Shown here piece by piece: positions 13,716 to 26,693 of a DNA stretch of 64,000 bases (position 1 is the stretch's first letter; the number at the start of each line of letters is the position of its first letter). The notes beneath the pieces were generated by a model, which did no database searches, had not been told where the DNA came from, and worked only from the letters and a program-made list of their open reading frames with translations. The translations under genes and the position numbers were made by a program. The stretch is from Camelus ferus. Lineage: Eukaryota. The stretch covers positions 48,362,001 through 48,426,000 of the forward strand of contig NC_045696.1 of the NCBI RefSeq assembly GCF_009834535.1, read 5' to 3'.

Positions 13716-13746
<31 letters not shown>
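13716..13746. repeat. (AG)n microsatellite
   Basis: About 15 AG units, seen directly. Confidence 0.95.
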
Positions 13747-13750
<4 letters not shown>

Positions 13751-14303
13751 CACTGTTGCTTTTGAATTTAAAATTCTAAGACCCCAGTGAAAAGGGAAGC
13801 ACTCATGCACAGAGACAGTTGTCATCAGAGAATATATGGAAAAAGAGAAAACATTCTCGTGCTGGAGTAGAGAGACATCCTGAATTTGGAGGGATTGGGA
13901 GAAAATAAAAGAATGTGACCAGTGATATGACGGTCCCAGTATGAGGGACCAGATGTGAAGTTACCGGAGTACTAGGAAGAGTCAGCATTAAAGTGATCCC
14001 AGCCACTAGCAGCCACTTGAGGAAATCCCACTGTTACTCACATGTGAGAGTTCAATTCTCAGCCACGCAGAACTCCTAGACTATAGTCATTGGACACCAG
14101 ACTTCACCTGTGCCAACAATTAAATATAGTTTTACTCTCCACTGTCAGAGAAGACTTTCCTAGGCAGTAGCCAGGGTGCTTTCCAGGAACAGTGAAGCTG
14201 TTTGCCTCTCCTTATGCTGCACTGACTAACCCCATGGACAAAGCTTCCTTTAATTTGCCAGAACATGAGAAAACTCTGTATTGGAAAGTAGTACCCTGGA
14301 TAT

Positions 14304-14654
14304 TGTTGAAAATTGTACAGGACAGAATAAAACAGGCAACAAAGACTTTATTCAAGACTGTTGCAAAAGGAGAGAGGGGTTAAATTCAACTTTGAAACAA
14401 GGGGGACGGGTGGGAATTTATAAATGCTCATGGGCAAAGTGAAGAAGTGATGGAAAATTACTAAGAACTTGGTTAGGGGAAAGAGGGACTTGATTGGACA
14501 TTGAGGTTGAGGGAGTGTCTCTAAACTGTATTAGCAGGATTCTTAGTGAAAATTAGGTTTAGCAGACCAAAGATGGAGCCAAGGCCAAAGCCTAGTGGAA
14601 AAAAGTGTTCAGAGGACTCTGAACAAAGTTTGTTTAAAGTTGGATCCCTTGTCA
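14304..14654 (-). mobile_element. MER31/MER67-like ERV1 solo LTR
   Basis: The minus strand begins 'tgacaagg...aaactttgttcagagtcctctgaac', contains 'aagaatcctgctaatacagtttag' and 'gtcttgaataaagtc', and has TG...CA termini. Confidence 0.7.
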
Positions 14655-15054
14655 ACACCCAGAGGAAGAGAGTGTTGCAGAAGAAGAAGCAGCCTTGTCC
14701 CCTTGCCACCCCTGCTTGCCAGTCGCTGTCACCCCACACCTTCACAGCCTCCTTGGCTCCGTTACATGTATAATCATGCTTTTTGGACCACAGTAATCTG
14801 CGGAAGAAATTGCCTCAATAATAGATCCATTTTTCATAAATTATTTGTGCGACCTGATGCCACCATGCCTAGGGCAGAGAACTCCTTGGCACTGGCCTCT
14901 ACTCTGAAGGAAAATCATCAGGTTAAATGCTATGGGAATCCAAATCTTCCAGCCCACATTTTTGTAGCTTGACAGTCCAGCATTCTGCATTATACTTCAA
15001 ATAGGTCTGTATTTTAAAGTAGCAACCTTTACCCAGTGTTTGGTGAATCTTTAT

Positions 15055-15205
15055 CACTGGTTCTAATCTCATGGAGTTACCTGGCGAACTTTGTAAATAT
15101 ATAGTACTAGACCAAATGAATCATACTTACTCAGCATGAGTTGAGGACAGAGGCAGCCTTCTGTATTTTTACCAAGTTTCCAGGCAATTGTGAAAACTAT
15201 ATGCA
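15055..15205. mobile_element. MER5-like hAT MITE fragment
   Basis: 'gagttacctggcgaacttt...ctgtatttttaccaagtttccaggcaatt' resembles MER5. Confidence 0.45.
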
Positions 15206-15374
15206 TTTTGGAAATGGCGATCTTGACAGCTATCCTCCAGGGCACTACCCACACCCTGGAGCTCATAATGAGTGTGCTGGCTCATTGAAATACTGGAAGA
15301 GGAAGGGAATGAATGGATCGCCTTAGTGTTTGCTTTGGAGACTACAAAATAGCCGTAATAATTGTACAGTTGTA

Positions 15375-15570
15375 ATTGTAGCTAACAATTATTAAGTGCA
15401 TTCTATTCACCAAGCTCTAAATAATGAGCATTTGTAGTCTTTACACAGCACCTGTGGTATTACTCTTTATTTTGAAATGAGAAAACTGAGGCTTTAGAGG
15501 TCAAGTAATGTGGCTAAAGTCATGCAGCGTATAAGTGCCAGTGCCAGTAATCAGTCAGATCTGCAAAAGT
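15375..15570 (-). mobile_element. MIR SINE
   Basis: 'atgagaaaactgaggctttagaggtcaagtaatgtggctaaagtcatgcagc'. Confidence 0.8.
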
Positions 15571-15689
15571 CACTTCCTTATTCTTACCTATTATATAATA
15601 CAATCTCAATCTTTTATTTACTAGATTGTTTTTTTTAATAAGCAGTCGCAGTTACCTAATGAGGTTGGAAGCAAAAGGAAGGTAAAATA

Positions 15690-17060
15690 AAAAATAAAAA
15701 CATACACTCATTATGCAGTTAGCTACTGTTAATAATTTAAAGTATTCCTCCATCTCTGCATATTTTTATGACATGTGCAGTCTTTATTTATGATGCGCAC
15801 ATACAGTAATATGCTCAACTTTAAAAACAACTATTGCTAGCAAGCATTTCCTCATATCATTAAAACATCCATAAAATCTTTGCCCCCAATAGTTGCCTAA
15901 TAGTCTATTAGCTTTATGTAACCATTCACCAATTTTTGGACTCATTAATTATTTCCAAATATTTGCTATTATAAGTAACATTGAACACCTCAATAAAGTT
16001 CTTAAACACTAAGTAATATTGTGGTAAACACATGCACATATATGTATGTATGTATGTATGTATGTATCCATATTTGTACAAATACCTATTTCTTCAAGAT
16101 ATAGTCCTAAAAGAGTTATTTTATTTAAGAAGCAAATGATTTAAACATTTTAAATACATGATGCCAAATTTCTTTCTAGACAGACATATAAACTTATAAC
16201 TAGCAGTATGTGAGGTGACTTTAATTATATTCATTCCTTCATTGAATAGTAGTATTTTTCCTCTTTGCTATAGTGATAAAGTGGTATCTTAAAATTATTG
16301 ATTTTATAGTCTTTTTAACCATTTAAAAATATTTTATTGGGTAAACAATATGTTTCTGTCCCTTGTTTTTTCTTAGAATTTTCATCTAGAAATGACAACA
16401 ACAGTGTATGTTCTATGGAGCATTTGCTATATGCCAGACACCATTTAAAAGCTTTACATGAGTTACCTAATATGTTCCTAATGACAGGCTTGAAAATAAA
16501 CACTCAATTATCTCCATTTTATGTGTTAGAAATCTAAAGAGAGATGAGGTGAGGAGATCAGGCGGAGGCTACATAGCTAGTAGATTCTCTTTTTCTATTA
16601 TAGTGATCAGTAATTTGCTTATAATTTTTTTTGCAGGTAATTTGCCAAGTTAGTTATTTGCCTTTCCATTTTATTCATGTTTTTATTGTACAGAAATTAG
16701 AAATTTGTATGTGGTCAGATTATCAATTTATTTAATGATTTCTTCCTTAACTTCAAAGATTACAAACTCCTTTATTTAAAAAACAAATATTCTCACATAA
16801 TTCTAGCTCTTAATGTTTTCTTTACTTTTAAAATATACTTGGAATATATTATATAAACTATATGATGTGGGAATATAAATTCAAATTGATTTTTCAACAG
16901 ATAACTCAGATAACTTTAAAATTTATTCAACAAATCTTTATTTTCTGATTGGTTTGTGATACCTTTTTTATATATGCTAAATTCATATATATGCATTCTA
17001 CTAAATTATTTTATTCCTCAAAAACAATGTTATTTTATTATTGTATGTTGTAAAACTTTT
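15690..17060 (-). mobile_element. Very old L1 (L1ME-like) fragments interrupted by a MIR at about 16395-16580
   Basis: T-rich L1-like motifs ('tttccaaatatttgctattataagtaac', 'atgccaaatttctttctag'). The MIR reads 'agcatttgctatatgccagacacc...tctccattttatg'. Confidence 0.55.
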
Positions 17061-17084
17061 AGATACATTTTATTTTTCTTTTTA

Positions 17085-18205
17085 AAAAATTAATTATTTT
17101 CATTGAGATTACGTTGATTTATAACATTATATGTTTCATGTATAGCATTATATTTATACTTCTGTATATACACTACAGCATTCTCACTACCAAAAATTTA
17201 GTTTCCATTCGTCACCACACAGTTGATCCCCTTTATCCATTTCACCCTCTCCCAACCCCTCTTTCTCTGGTAACCTGTTCTTCTCTGTTCCCTGTATCTT
17301 TGCATTTGATTTTGTTTGGTTGGGTTTGTTCATCTATTTTGGTTTTGTTGTTGTTGTTGTTTATTAGTTTTTTATATTCCACATGTGAATGAAATCATAT
17401 GGTATTTGTCTTTTTGGGCCTAATTTATATTACTTTGCATAATAGACTCAAGTTCCATCCATGTTACCACAAATGACAATACTTCATTTTATTTTATGGC
17501 TGAATAGTATTCCATTGTGTATGTAGATGTTATATACCACACCTTTATCTGTTCACCCCTTCATGGGCACTTAGGTTGTTTCCATATCTTGGTTATTGTA
17601 AATAATCCTGCGATGAATGTAGGGGTGAACATATCTTTTCAAATTAGTGTTTTTGTATTTGGATAAATACCTAAAAGTGTGAAAGCTGGATCATATGGTA
17701 GTTATATTCTTACTTTTTTGAAGAATCTTCATACTGTCTTTTAGAGTGGCTGAACCAATTTACATTTCCACCAACAGTACTGGGGTTCCCTTTTCTCCAA
17801 ATCCTCACCAGCGCTTGATATTTATTGTCTTTTTGATGATAGCCATTCTGACAGGTGTGAAGTAATAGCTCATTGTGGTTTTTATTTGCATTTCTCTGAT
17901 GATTAGTGATGTTGAGCATCTTTTCATATGTCTGTTAGTCATCTTCTTTGGAAAAATGTATGTCTTCTTTGGAAAAATGTCTGTTCAGGTAATCTGCCCA
18001 TTTTTAAATTGGATTTTGTTGTTGTTGTTGTTGAGTTGTATGAATTCTTTTTATATTTTGGTTATTAACCCCTTATCAGAAATATAATTTGCAAATGTCT
18101 CCCATTTGCTAGGCTGTCTTTTTATTTTATTGATGGTTTTCTTTGCTGTGAAGAAGCTTTTTAATTTGATGTAATCCAATTTGTTCATTTTTGGTTTTGT
18201 TTTGT
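17085..18205 (-). mobile_element. 5'-truncated L1 (3' UTR and ORF2 C-terminus), laurasiatherian-type
   Basis: Track ORFs 17710-17919 and 18051-18254 ([35 protein letters not shown]) correspond to L1 ORF2. The T-rich tail is at about 17085. Confidence 0.95.
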
Positions 18206-20106
18206 ATTGAGAACATGTTATGCTGTGTATTAAGAATAAAAAGAAATAAATCATGGCCCCTTGTCTTTGAAAAGCTCATAGTTTCAAAAGGCTAGAAAAA
18301 CATGTTAAGCATAATTTTAACACATTCTGATCAACAAATAATGATGGATTAAAAGAGTAGGTACAAAGGAGGAAATGTCCAGTTAAGGGAAAGGTGAAAT
18401 CTTCTCAGAGGTAGTGACATTAGAGCAAACTAAATAAAAATCCACGAATAATATCATTGTGTATTACTGTATTTTATGCATCTGAAAATAGATTTCAGTA
18501 CATAATGTCTTTTCAGATATGAATACCTTAATTTAAGACTTTCCTTGGCTGATAAACATTGCTTTTGAACAAAATACACATCAGAAGACATCACAATTGC
18601 CTCTTCTAATTTTCTATCACCACAACCTTACTTACTCAGATTTTTCTAGCATTGGAAATTTTGTAGTACTTTAATCTTGGATGCTGATATGTTCCCACTA
18701 CAAAAATAATGTACTGCCTCATGACACCCTATTTGTTACATAGGCCTTTGAGTCACACACCAGAAAGTCTGTCAAGTCTTGGAATATTATTATTCTTAGT
18801 CAATTATTTTTTTATATGCAGGAATGAAGAGACTGAAAAGATGTATAGATTAAATGTGTTTTGTAACTAAACAATTCAGTTGAAATGCACAAGGACTTAC
18901 TGAGTTTTTACTATATTTCTGACACTGTATCCCAAGCAAAAGTTAAAAAAATCCGTAATGCATAGACTTAAGAAAAAATATTTCTCTGCCAGATGCTTAA
19001 GTAGACCAAATGATATTGGTTGTGATGTAATTAAACGCAAATGTCCCCTGTACTGCTACAGGCAAAGCAGATCTTGCTTCAGGAATGTTTCTTCTCAAAG
19101 GAAAATTGATATTCATTTGAAACTCTAATCAGGAAATGATCATCTTGTTGAAAAAGGTTTTAACTCTAGCATTACTATCCTCTCATAATCACAATATACT
19201 TAACCCAGACATACAATAGAGCACCTAGAAATTGACATAAAGGCCATCCAAAGGTACTAATTATAGTAGCTGTCTTACACTTTTATTGCAAAAAAACAAA
19301 TATCTGTATAAATCAATTAATAACGTCAGTAGTGAAACCAAATTTTGGAATGGTATAAAAATTGAACAAGAGCCCCCCAAGCAAATAATAACTCATCCTA
19401 AGGCAGAGAGTCTGTGATAAGAATGTATGAGATATAGGAAAAAAAGATGATAAAAAATAGAACCAAGGCAGATCATTAGTGAGAGAGATCTAGAAATCCC
19501 TATCATAACCATTCCACTATAGAGAATCTAGTGTTGGCTGCGTATTTTCAGTAGAAATAAGCAGAGTGTGAGTCATCATAAAGGCAAGAAAAATGTTCTG
19601 TTCAGGAGCCATAAGCCAAAGAATTACAGATAAACTGGATGGAAGGAACCTACTATTAAAAGTCAAGATTTTGATACTTTATTGTAGATAAATAAGGGAA
19701 GCAGCCCACCTAACGCCCAGACACCATCTTAGTAAGGTTTCTGCTCTAGTAGGCTGCCTATTACACTCCCATGAGAGGATCACTGTTTTTTCTGAGACCT
19801 TACTGAAGTTATCTTGACCTGATATATTGATGGTGTCAAATAGATAGTATAGGTATCGATTTAACCCTCAATTTCATGTGACGTTGTTGCAAAAAGGCTC
19901 CTGGAAAATTGCAGCAACGGGTTTTAGCTTCCAGAGAAATGATAATGTTGAAATCCTTTCTCAGTCATCTTGTTGCTTCCTTGGGGTAAGTGAGGATTGG
20001 GGAAGGAGGGTTCTGATGAGCCACAAAGTAGATCAGTCAGCTCACCTAAAGCCTCAAATTATTCTTAATTGATCCCAGCTTCCACAGAATCCCCTATGAG
20101 GCTATA

Positions 20107-20459
20107 CAGATTTCCCTATCAACTATCCGGAAGTAGGGTGTTCCTATGAAACCTTTCGTAAGCCGATATGGCATAAAGCGAATGGGAAGAAAGACACATC
20201 TTTCTAACGCATGCACAAAATAGAACGAGATAAAGCACAGGTGCTCACAGACACAATTCAAAGCAATGGCGGCTCGATGCTGAGATGCTGAGTGTAGTTC
20301 CTGGGAAAGAAGCTTGTGGCAGGGCCACTCTTGCTGCCTCTGTAACAGCTCACTACAAAACATGCAGAACAGCTCAGTGTGCTTTTCACCTTTTTTTTGG
20401 TAAAAGTGAAAATCCTCCTCAGATTTCTTTCATTTAGCAAATAACGTAGGGACATTCTG
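20107..20459. mobile_element. Tigger-family MITE (MER82-like)
   Basis: TA|cagatttccc...ctatccggaagtagggtgttcctatgaaacctttcgtaagccg terminus, plus 'gagataaagcacaggtgctcacagacacaattcaaagc'. Locally CpG-rich. Confidence 0.8.
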
Positions 20460-20832
20460 ACCCTCTTTTGTCCTTCTGAGAGCAGGATAAATCTCCCATG
20501 TGAAAGGCCAGTAGGAGGCATCCTTATCACCAGAGATAGGGAATTTAGAGTGCAGAAAGCTGTGTAGACAAACCTTACTACTTTTTCACTAATTTAATGC
20601 CCCAAAGCCCTTTGTCTGGTCAGTTCTTCACAAATGTATTGCTTCCTTGTCTAAAAGGTATAAAAGCTGCCTGCTTTGGTCACCTCTTTAAATCTCATAT
20701 TTTTTATGGAGCTCCTGTAGTAATATATTAAATTTGTTTTTCTTCTGTTAATCTGTCTTAAGTCAATGTAATTGTTAGGCCAGCCAAGGAGCCTAGAAGG
20801 GAAGAAGGGAGAAGTTTTTCCACTCCTCTACA
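20460..20832 (+). mobile_element. MER34-family ERV1 LTR, 5' end missing
   Basis: TATA box 'tataaaa' at 20659, 'tctgttaatctgtctt', and the 3' end 'gagcctagaagggaagaagggagaagtttttccactcctctaca'. Confidence 0.75.
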
Positions 20833-21659
20833 ATCCAGTTTACACCTGTCAACACAGCTTCTCTCTCTCTTCCTCTCTCCCCGTCTTTCCCTCCTTCCCT
20901 CCTCCCCTCTCTCTCTCCCAGGTTAGTTCTTTCTGCTTTAGTATGAGTATACTGCCTCACATCCAGCTCCCCAGGGCTTCTCAGGTAAAGCAATCAGTGG
21001 AGATTGGTCGAGTTGCTCCAGGTCATTCCACATTCTGCATAGAAGGAATATAATTATTCCCATCTTGGGTAAAGTATCTCTTTCGGATTCAGCCAACCCA
21101 AGATGATATGAGAGGTTCATGTGAGAATGTTTTTTGTTGTAAAGCAGAAAAAAAAAAAAAAAGGATTAACAGATGAACTAATTGATTTCTTTGTGGGCTG
21201 CTAATATTGATAGTGTCAGGTCTGAGTAAAACCCCATCAGTAGTCATACAGTAGAAATGGGAGATTGGACCAAGTATCTTTAAGGTTTTTTCCAAGGATA
21301 TAAGTAAAGCTGTAAAACCCACAGTGATAAAATACTAATAACAATAGTATATATTAAAGAATTAATACATTATTTTCAGGATATTTGATAAAATGACAAA
21401 CTGCACAATTAAGTATTAATTTCTTTCCATATAAAAGGCACTTTATTATGTCATTTATTACTTGTAAAGAACTATTTTACATATTATATGATATGCTATG
21501 TATATCATACGGTATTATGTTATACATATCACATCATAACCATGCTTTAATTATATTGTATAATATTTAAAACTCATATTCTATGAGATAGGTGTAAAAT
21601 TATCACCAGTAAAGAATCAGAAAACTGATATTTAGAAAGTTTAACTTATTTAAGCCTAA

Positions 21660-21985
21660 TGCTGTTAAACTGAATGTGTCTTCTCGAAATTCGTATGTTG
21701 AAAGCTAATCCCCACTGTGATGGTGTTTGGCCGTGAGGTCTTTGGGAAGTGATTAGCTCCTTTATGAATGAGATTAGTGCCCTTAATAGGAAAGACCTCA
21801 GAGAGCTCCCTTACTCCTTGCAGTCTGCGAGGTTAGAGTGAGATTGCTGTCTGTGAACCAAGAACGGGGCGGCCCTCACGAGACACTGAATCTACTGGCA
21901 CCTTGATCTTCGACTTGCCAGTCTCCAGAACTGTCAGAAATCAGAAATAAATGGTTGTTGCTTAATCCACCCATCTATGGTATTT
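21660..21985 (+). mobile_element. MLT1A-like MaLR 5' LTR, first part
   Basis: 'tgctgttaaactgaatgtgtc...gtatgttgaa', 'ctggcaccttgatcttcgacttgccagtctccagaactgt' and 'aataaa'. Confidence 0.9.
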
Positions 21986-22461
21986 AAAAAAAAATGATTG
22001 AACTATAGTTGAAGTACAATATTATGTTAATTTCATATATAATATATCATGATTTGACCTTCTCATACATTATGAAATGATCACCATGGTAAGTCTAGTA
22101 ACCATCTGTCCCCTTACAAAGTTATTACATTATTCTTGGCCATATTTCTTATGCTATATATTACATCCCCATAACTTACTCATTTTATAACTAGAGGTTT
22201 GTTCCTATTAATTTGCTTCGCCTAATTTCACCCACCCCCATACCCTTTACTCTGGCAACCACTTGTTTGTTCTCTGTATCTATAAGACTGTTTTCATTTT
22301 GTTTTATTCATTGGTTTGTTTCATTTTTTTAGATTCCACATATAATTGAGATCATATAATATTGTCTTTCTCTGACATTTCATTTAGCATAACACTCTCT
22401 AGGTCTGTCAAAGCTGTTGCAAATGGCAAAGCTGCATTTCTTTATGGCTGAGTAACATTTC

Positions 22462-22497
<36 letters not shown>

Positions 22498-25400
22498 CAC
22501 ATAACCACATCTTTTCCACTCATCTTATCTGTAGATATGTAGGTTGCTTTCATATCCCACCTATTGTAAATAATGCTGCAAAGAACAGATATCTTTTCAA
22601 ATCAATGCTTTTGTTTTCTTCAGGTAAATACCCAGAAGTGAGATTTATGGATCATAAAGTAGTTCTGCTTTTAATTTTTTGAGAAAACTCCATACTGTTG
22701 CCATAGTGGCTACACCAAATTAAAATCCCACCAACAGTGCAAGAGTGTTTCCTTTTCTCCACATCCTCACCATCACTTGTTATTTATTGTCTTTTTGACT
22801 ACAGCCATTCTGAGAGAAGGCAAGTGATATCTCATTGTGGTTGTGACTTGCATATCCCTGGTAATTAGTGATGCTGAGCATCTTTTCATGTGCCTGTTGG
22901 GCATCTGTACGTCGTCTTTGGAATAATGTCTACTGAGATTCTCTGCCCATTTTAAGTAGGTTGTTTGTTTTTTTGATGTTGGGTTGTATGAGTTCTTTGT
23001 ATATTTTGGCATTGACCCCTTATCAGATATGTTATTTGCAAATATCTTTTCGTGCTCTCTAGATGGTCTTTTCCTTTGTTGATAATGTCCTTTTCTGTAC
23101 AAAAGCTTTTTAGTTTAATATAGCTCAGTTTGTTTATTTTTCTTCTGTTTCCCTTGACTGCAGAGACACATCCAAATAAATATTGCTTAGGCTGAAGTCC
23201 TGAGAGCAGACAGTCTTTATATTCTTCTAGGAGTTTTATGGTTTCAGGTCTTACATTTAGGTCTTTAATCCATTTTGACTTTGTTTTTATATATGGTGTG
23301 AGAAAGTAGTCCAGTTTGAGTCTTTTGCATGTAATAGTCCAGTTTTCCCAATACTGTTTATTGAAGTGGCTGTCTTTTCCCCATTATATATTCTTATCTC
23401 CTTTGTCATAGTTTAATTGTCCATACAAGTGTGGGCTTATTTTTGGGCTCTCTTTTCTGTTCCATTGATATGTATGTGACTTTTTGGTGCCAGTTCCATA
23501 CTGTTTTGATTACTGTAGCATTGTAGTATAGTTTGAAGTTAGGGCGTGTGATACCTCCAGCTTTGTTCCTCTTTTTCAAGATTCTTTTGGATATTCAAAG
23601 TATTTTGCATTTCCATACAAGTTTAGATTTATTTATTTTAGTTCTTGAAAAATGCCATTAGTACTTTGATAGAGATTACATTGCATCTGTAGATTATCTT
23701 GGGCAGTGTAGTCATTTTAACAATTTTGATTCTTCCAACCAATGAACACTGTGTATCTTTGTATTTGTTTGTATTACTTCAATTTCATTTATCAATGGCT
23801 TATAGTTTTCAGAGTGCAAGTCTTTTACCTACTCAAATTTATTCCTAGGTATTTTATTCTTTTAAATGCAATTGTAAATGGGATTGTTTTCTTAATTTCT
23901 TTTTCTGGTAGTTTATTATTAATGTATAGAAAAGCAATAGATTTCCGGATATTACTTTTGTATCCTACAGCTTTACTGAATTTATTTATTAGTTCTAATG
24001 GTTTTTTGGTGGTATCTTTAGCATTTCATTTGTATAGCATCATGTCATCTTCAAACAGTGGCATTTCTATTTCTTTCTTTCCAATCTGAATGCCTTTTAT
24101 TTCTTTTTGTTTCCTGATTGATGCAGCTAAGACATCTGATACCATACCAAATAGAAGTGGTGAGGCTGGGCATTCTTGTCTTGTTCCTGATCTTAGAGAA
24201 AATGTGTTCAGCTTTTCACCATTAAGTATGATGTAAGATATGGGTTTGTCATTACATGGCCTTTATTATATTGAGGTGTGTTCCCTCTATACCCTTTTGT
24301 TGAATATTTTTATCATAAATAGATGTTGAATTTCATTTAAAGCTTTTTCTGCATCTATTGAGATAATCACATAATTTTCATTTTTGCATTTGTTAATGTG
24401 GTGTACCATGTTGACTGACTTTCAGTTCTTGATCCATCCTTGCACTCCTGAGGTAAATCCCACTCAGTCATGGTTGTGATCTTTTTAATGTATTGTTGAA
24501 TTTAATTTGCTAGTATTATGTTGAGGTTCCTTGTATATGTGTTCATCAGGAATATTGTCCTGTAATTTTCTTTTTTTGTTGTCTCTTTGTCTGATTTTGG
24601 AATCAGGGTGATGCTGGCATCATAGGATGGGTTTAGAAGCATTGCTTCCTCTTAAGCTTTTTGGAAGACTTTGAGAAGGATAGGCATTAACTCTTCAAAT
24701 GTTTGGTAGAATTCACCTGTGAAGCTGTCTGATCCTAGACTTTTGTTGGTTCGGAGAGTGTTTGTTACTGATTCAGTTTTATCACTGGTAATTTGTCTGT
24801 TCATATTTTCTATTTCTTTCGGATTCAGTCTTGGGAGGGTGTATGTTTCTAGGAATTCATCCATTTTTTTTTTGAGGTTGTCCATTTTATTGGCATATAA
24901 TTGTTTGTATTTGTCCCTTATGAGCCTTCATATTTCTGTAGTGTTGTTTATAACTTCTCTTTTTTCATTTCTGATTTTATTTATATGTCTTCTTTTTTTA
25001 TTGATGAGTCTGGCTAAAGTTTTGTCAATTTTATTTATCTTTTCAAAGAATCAGTTCTTAGTTTCATTTATCTTTATTATTGTTTTTAGCTCTATTTTAT
25101 TTATTTCCATTCTATATTTTTATTATTCTTTTTCCTACTAACTTTTTTGTGTTTATTCTTCTTTGTCTGGTTATTGTAGGTGTAAGGTTAGACCTTCCTT
25201 TTCTTGATTCCTTTAGATGTAAGGTGAGATTTTTCTTGATGAGAGCTTGTGTTGCTACAAATTTCCCTCTTATAACTGCTTTTGTTATAGCCCATAGATT
25301 TTCGATAGTTGTGTTTCCATTTTTATTTGTCTTCAAGTATTTTTATTTCCTTTTTAATTTCTTTAGTGATTGATTGATTTTTACCTTTTGCTTATCTATA

Positions 25401-26690
25401 CAACTCTTTATCTCTCCTTCAAATCTGAATGATAACCTTGCCTAGTAGAGTACTCTTGATTGTAAGTTATTTCCTTTAATTACTTTGAATATATATTGCC
25501 ACTCCCTTCTGGCCTGAAAATTTTTTGCTGAAAAGTCAGCTGGTTGTCTTATATGAGTCCGCTTATATGTAACTGTTGTTTTCTCTTGCTGTTTTTAAGA
25601 TTCTCTCTTTATCTGTAATTTTTGTCATTTTAATTAGAATGTGTATTGGTGTGGACCTCTTTGGGTTTGTTTTGTTTGAAACTCTCTGTGCTTCCTAAAC
25701 CTGGATGCCTCTTTCATTTTCCAAATTAGCAAAGTTTTTAGCTTTTATTTCTTCAAATAAATTCTCTGCCCCTTTCTATCTTCCCCTTCTTGGATCCCTA
25801 TAACGTGAAAATTAGTATGTTTGATATTGTCCTGGAGGTCTCTTAAAGTATACACATTTCTTTTCAGTCTTTTTTTTTTTTTTTTTTTTTTTGGCTTGGG
25901 TGATTCCCACTACTCTGTCTTACAGATCAGTGATTTGTTCTTCTGGCTTTGTGGGTCACAGGGCTGCAGAGCTGATGCCAATCTGCTGGTGGGTGGTTAA
26001 GCCCCTGGCACTAATTGACTAGAGAGAGGATTCCAAAATGACACTTGTCATACCAATGTCCACATGGTTAAACAAGTTCTTAAAATTGGCTGCTGCCAAT
26101 TGAACAAGCTCTTAAAATTGGCTGTTGCCAATGTCTCTGTCCCCAGGCAGAATCACAGTTGCCTCTTGACTCTCTGGGAGGCTATCCAATATCAGCAAGT
26201 GGGTCTGACCCAGATTCTTTCAAATTACTGCCTCCCATTTGGGACTTGGAGTGTGTGAAATTTTGCACATGTCTTTAAGAGCAAAATCTCTGCTTCCTAC
26301 AGCACTCTGGCTCTCTCAAACATAAGACCTGCTGATTTCCAAACCAGACATTCTAGGGGCTCATCTCCCTGGTGTAAGACTCCCCCACTAGGCTGGGGAG
26401 CCCACTGTGAGACTCAGACCCCTTGCTTCTTGAGGAGAAACCCTGTAACTGTAATCATCCTCCCATTTGTGGGTTGCTGGTTCTGGGGCTTACTATACCA
26501 TTGTCTCTGTTTCTCCTAGCCATCTTGCTGTGGCTCCTTCTTTATATCTTTAGTTGTGGAAAATCTTTTTCTTTCAGTCTTCAGGTTGTTCCCATAGATA
26601 CTTCCCCTGTAAGTAGTTGTGCTTTTAGTGTGCCTGTGGAAGAAGGTTAAGTTCAGCATATTCCTACTCTGCCATCTTGGCCACACCCCT
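21986..26690 (-). mobile_element. L1 retaining 5' and 3' ends with internal deletions, inserted in the MLT1A LTR
   Basis: The 5' start 'aggggtgtggccaagatggcagag' carries the YY1 motif. An ORF1 piece lies at 25380-25940 and ORF2 pieces appear in the track ([43 protein letters not shown]). The TSD core tctatggtattt occurs at 21974-21985 and 26698-26709. Confidence 0.95.
22464..22494. repeat. (TG)n microsatellite within L1
   Basis: About 15 TG units, seen directly. Confidence 0.95.
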
Positions 26691-26693
26691 TAG

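Noticed and set aside
14521..14972. Overlapping 74-125 aa ORFs
   Set aside because: They start within an LTR, show no recognisable domain or splice structure, and are consistent with chance ORFs.
23742..25373. Hydrophobic 97-140 aa plus-strand ORFs resembling membrane proteins
   Set aside because: They are antisense to A-rich L1 ORF2, so the Phe/Leu/Ile richness is a compositional artefact.
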